Shown piece after piece: positions 15,256 through 17,595 of a DNA stretch of 17,595 bases. A program made the translations under genes and the position numbers. The stretch lies in IMG/VR virus record IMGVR_UViG_3300036944_001243; one strand, given 5' to 3'. Below the pieces are notes generated by a model. The model was given only the letters and a program-made list of their open reading frames with translations, ran no database searches and was not told the origin of the DNA. This DNA is from a virus. Lineage: Duplodnaviria > Heunggongvirae > Uroviricota > Caudoviricetes. The stretch's first letter is position 1. Each line of letters begins with the position of its first letter.

Positions 15256-16017
15256 ATGGAAAAAACATTCAAGGAACTATATAGCTTCGTTGTAGACAAG
15301 GAAGTTGAAAAGGAAGAAGTCACTATCAAAGTTGACAAGAAAACAAAGGAAGAAACTACGGTTAAAAAGAAGGTAACTGTCAAAGAGCCAGTTACAATCA
15401 AGTTGAAAAGACCTTCTCGCCGCGAGCTTGAGGAGGCGGAACTTGAATTCAGTGTCGAAATGAGCCGATGCGTTAAAAAGGGAATTTTGACAAAGGCGAT
15501 GTTAGCTAAAAAGTATAGCGACAGCGGTGGTCTAATGAGTGAGGATGATGCTAGTTCACTGGTTGATTCTTATAAGAAGATTTTTGATTTACAGAATGAA
15601 TTCTCCAGATTAGAGATCGTGCAAAACAAAACTGATAAGCAGGTCGCTAGAGTTGAGGAAATTACTAAGCAGCTTGCAGAGGTCCGTCGCCAGATTGTTG
15701 AATTTGAATCTAACTATCAATCTCTATTTGATCATACAGCCGACGTAAAAGCTCAGAATAGACTCATTCTTTGGTATGTCATTATGCTTACCTATATTCA
15801 AGGCCCAGAAGATGAAGAAGCTGTTCCATTTTTTGGAAAAGGAGATTTTGATACGAAGCTTGAAGAGTATTACAAGAAAGAAGAGTCTGAAGACCCTCTA
15901 TATTTCTTGATTACCAAAAAGGCCGCGACTATTTTAGCATTTTGGTTCTTCAACCAAGCATCTGATAAAGACTCTTTCGATGGTCTTATGAAGAAACTTG
16001 AAAATAACGAACTGTGA
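15256..16017 (+). CDS. Probable tail assembly chaperone
   Basis: A 253-aa acidic coiled-coil protein with a PVTIKLKRPSRRE motif, two genes upstream of the tape measure gene. Confidence 0.55.
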   Translation: MEKTFKELYSFVVDKEVEKEEVTIKVDKKTKEETTVKKKVTVKEPVTIKLKRPSRRELEEAELEFSVEMSRCVKKGILTKAMLAKKYSDSGGLMSEDDASSLVDSYKKIFDLQNEFSRLEIVQNKTDKQVARVEEITKQLAEVRRQIVEFESNYQSLFDHTADVKAQNRLILWYVIMLTYIQGPEDEEAVPFFGKGDFDTKLEEYYKKEESEDPLYFLITKKAATILAFWFFNQASDKDSFDGLMKKLENNEL

Positions 16018-16988
16018 GCGACGAAGAATATATTGGAATAGTAGGAGAGATCTTTGATGGATATACAGAATTCGAATACCTCGGATCTACAGTATACTTA
16101 AAGCATTTCTCTATACGCGACCAAAGATATATTCACCGCTACTACGAAAAATACAAGTCAATTGCATTGAACAAGGGCATCCCTTCGGAAGAGGGGATGC
16201 TTTTGCAATTGAAAGAAGACGGTTTGTGGTCTGATAAAGAAGAAGACAAAATCGCCTCATTGAAATCTGAAGTAGACAACTTATTAAATACTCAAAAGAA
16301 ATTAATTTTGCCGTCTCAGAAAAAAGACATGCAAAAATCAATTGATGAGAAGAGATATGAGTTGAATAAACTGCTGATAACGCGAAGAGATGTTGTCGGC
16401 AAGACTGCTGAAGACTATGGTTCAACAAGAGCGAATGAAGAATTTATTCGCTATATTATTTATAAAGATGCTGCTCTTACAAAACATTATTTTACAGATG
16501 AGCAATTTGCTAATTTGAGCGATACTGAAATAGAGCCTCTTTTAAAAGAACATGAAGCATGTGGCAAGAGATTAAATGAGGAAAATATCCAGCACTGCGT
16601 ATTGAGAGATTTCTTCAATATGTATATTTCTCAAACAGAAGATGTTTCGGCATTTTATGGTAAACCGATTGTGCAGCTTTCTGCTTATCAATTAAAATTA
16701 GCTTTATATGCTAGAATCTTCTTTAATATCTTCCAGTATAATGAAGACATTCCAGAGCATATCAAAAAAGACCCATCTGCTGTTTTAAATTTCTCAGAAA
16801 ACAAAAGAAATAAAACATCATCAACTAATTTTACCAATAAAGAATCGGCGGCAACCGCAGTTTTTGGTGCGACACAAGAAGATCTAGAATTTATTGATCC
16901 AAATGCAAAAACAATCAAGTTATCAGATGAGATTAAAAAACAAGGTGGATCAATGAACATGGAACAATTGATCGAATTAATGGGGTAA
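16014..16988 (+). CDS. Probable second tail assembly chaperone / pre-tape-measure protein
   Basis: A 324-aa gene with a GTG start coupled by a GTGA overlap, directly before the tape measure gene. The segment FYGKPIVQLSAYQLKL resembles T-type chaperone C-termini. Confidence 0.5.
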   Translation: MSDEEYIGIVGEIFDGYTEFEYLGSTVYLKHFSIRDQRYIHRYYEKYKSIALNKGIPSEEGMLLQLKEDGLWSDKEEDKIASLKSEVDNLLNTQKKLILPSQKKDMQKSIDEKRYELNKLLITRRDVVGKTAEDYGSTRANEEFIRYIIYKDAALTKHYFTDEQFANLSDTEIEPLLKEHEACGKRLNEENIQHCVLRDFFNMYISQTEDVSAFYGKPIVQLSAYQLKLALYARIFFNIFQYNEDIPEHIKKDPSAVLNFSENKRNKTSSTNFTNKESAATAVFGATQEDLEFIDPNAKTIKLSDEIKKQGGSMNMEQLIELMG

Positions 16989-17002
16989 CAAATTAATTTT
17001 TT

Positions 17003-17010
17003 GTGTAAAT
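17003..17010 (+). promoter_or_regulatory. Candidate late-promoter motif GTGTAAAT upstream of tape measure gene
   Basis: GTGTAA ends 26 nt before the ATG at 17035. This leader also has an SD-like AAGGA. Confidence 0.45.
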
Positions 17011-17034
17011 AAGACAAAGGAATAAGGACCATTT

Positions 17035-17595
17035 ATGCAATCAATTCAACTTCCAGTAACCCAAACAGGATTAGAGCAAAGTATTCAACAAGCGTTAAAA
17101 AATGCTGGTAAGAATGCTCAAATTAATTTGGGAACAAATAGCCGCCAAATCAATGCATTGGCGCAGCCACTTGGAAGAATTACTGGACAAGCAGATGAGT
17201 TCACAAAATCCATGGAAGCCGCGAATGCGCGTGTATTCGCGTTCGGTGCGTCAGTGGGTATTATCAATGGAGTATCTAAGGCATTTACTGCTCTTGTAAA
17301 AAATACTATTGCTACAGAAAAAGCCTTGACTGACATCAATGTAAACTTAAATAAAAGTTCAGCAGAACTCGATAAGTTTGGCAATTCTCTTTTTGATTTA
17401 GCTAAATCTACAGGCCAATCATTCCAAACAGTTGCCGATGGCGCTTTAGAGCTTTCTAGACAAGGTTTGGATGCAGTAGACGTTGTTAAAAGATTAAATG
17501 ATGCGCTTATTCTTTCTAGACTTTCTGGTCTTGATGCTCAACAATCAGTAGAAGGTTTGACTGCTGCAATCAACTCTTTCTCAAGTGCGGGCGTT
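17035..17595 (+). CDS. Tail tape measure protein (3'-partial; absent from the ORF track because it runs off the window)
   Basis: The frame is open from ATG 17035 to the window end: MQSIQLPVTQTGLEQSIQQALKNAG...LTDINVNLNKSSAELDKFGNSLFDLAKSTGQSFQTVADGALELSRQGLDAVDVVKRLNDALILSRLSGLDAQQSVEGLTAAINSF, a TP901-family (PhageMin_Tail-like) core pattern. Confidence 0.92.
   Translation, partial: MQSIQLPVTQTGLEQSIQQALKNAGKNAQINLGTNSRQINALAQPLGRITGQADEFTKSMEAANARVFAFGASVGIINGVSKAFTALVKNTIATEKALTDINVNLNKSSAELDKFGNSLFDLAKSTGQSFQTVADGALELSRQGLDAVDVVKRLNDALILSRLSGLDAQQSVEGLTAAINSFSSAGV

Noticed and set aside
16000-16017. Classical G/GT -1 frameshift between the two chaperone-like genes
   Set aside because: The -1 frame has a TAA at 16005-16007, and there is no X XXY YYZ site in the remaining overlap.
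2379-17384. Remaining short antisense or off-frame ORFs in the track (61-141 aa)
   Set aside because: All are nested within longer, well-supported genes and show no motifs or coding-like composition.
1-17595. Stop-codon reassignment (TAG or TGA read-through)
   Set aside because: All major genes are intact in the standard code. TAG is unused as a stop but does not interrupt any gene.
1-17595. tRNA, rRNA, CRISPR array or diversity-generating retroelement
   Set aside because: No cloverleaf, spaced direct repeats, reverse transcriptase or template/variable repeat pair was seen by eye, and intergenic spaces are too short.

Overview
This window is the virion-morphogenesis region of a tailed dsDNA phage, most likely a large siphovirus: a tape measure gene and a tube-like major tail gene are present and no sheath gene is seen. 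The terminase sequence and head-gene order resemble the Bacillus SPbeta YonG-F-E-D-C-B block, as recalled rather than searched. The host cannot be identified, and most gene starts lack a Shine-Dalgarno sequence. The + strand (1-10658) carries a 5'-truncated probable TerS, a C2H2-zinc-finger/ERCC4 nuclease, TerL, portal, a charged hypothetical protein, protease-scaffold, decoration protein, major capsid protein, a hypothetical protein and a probable adaptor. The - strand (14918 to 10692) carries probable head closure, neck, tail terminator, major tail protein and a beta-rich accessory protein. The + strand (14964-end) carries a small hypothetical protein, two probable tail assembly chaperones and the start of the tape measure gene. 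No tRNA, rRNA, CRISPR array, intron, intein or genetic-code change is evident. The most notable observations are: (1) a translationally coupled ZnF-HNH-repeat-ERCC4 nuclease between TerS and TerL; (2) a candidate stop-associated -1 frameshift with a downstream stem that would add a C-terminal extension to the major tail protein; (3) a nested in-frame scaffold gene with its own candidate promoter; (4) a recurrent (G)TGTAA candidate late-promoter motif; (5) an apparently fixed inversion of the middle of the neck/tail module. All functional calls come from motif recognition and gene order; no database search was run.
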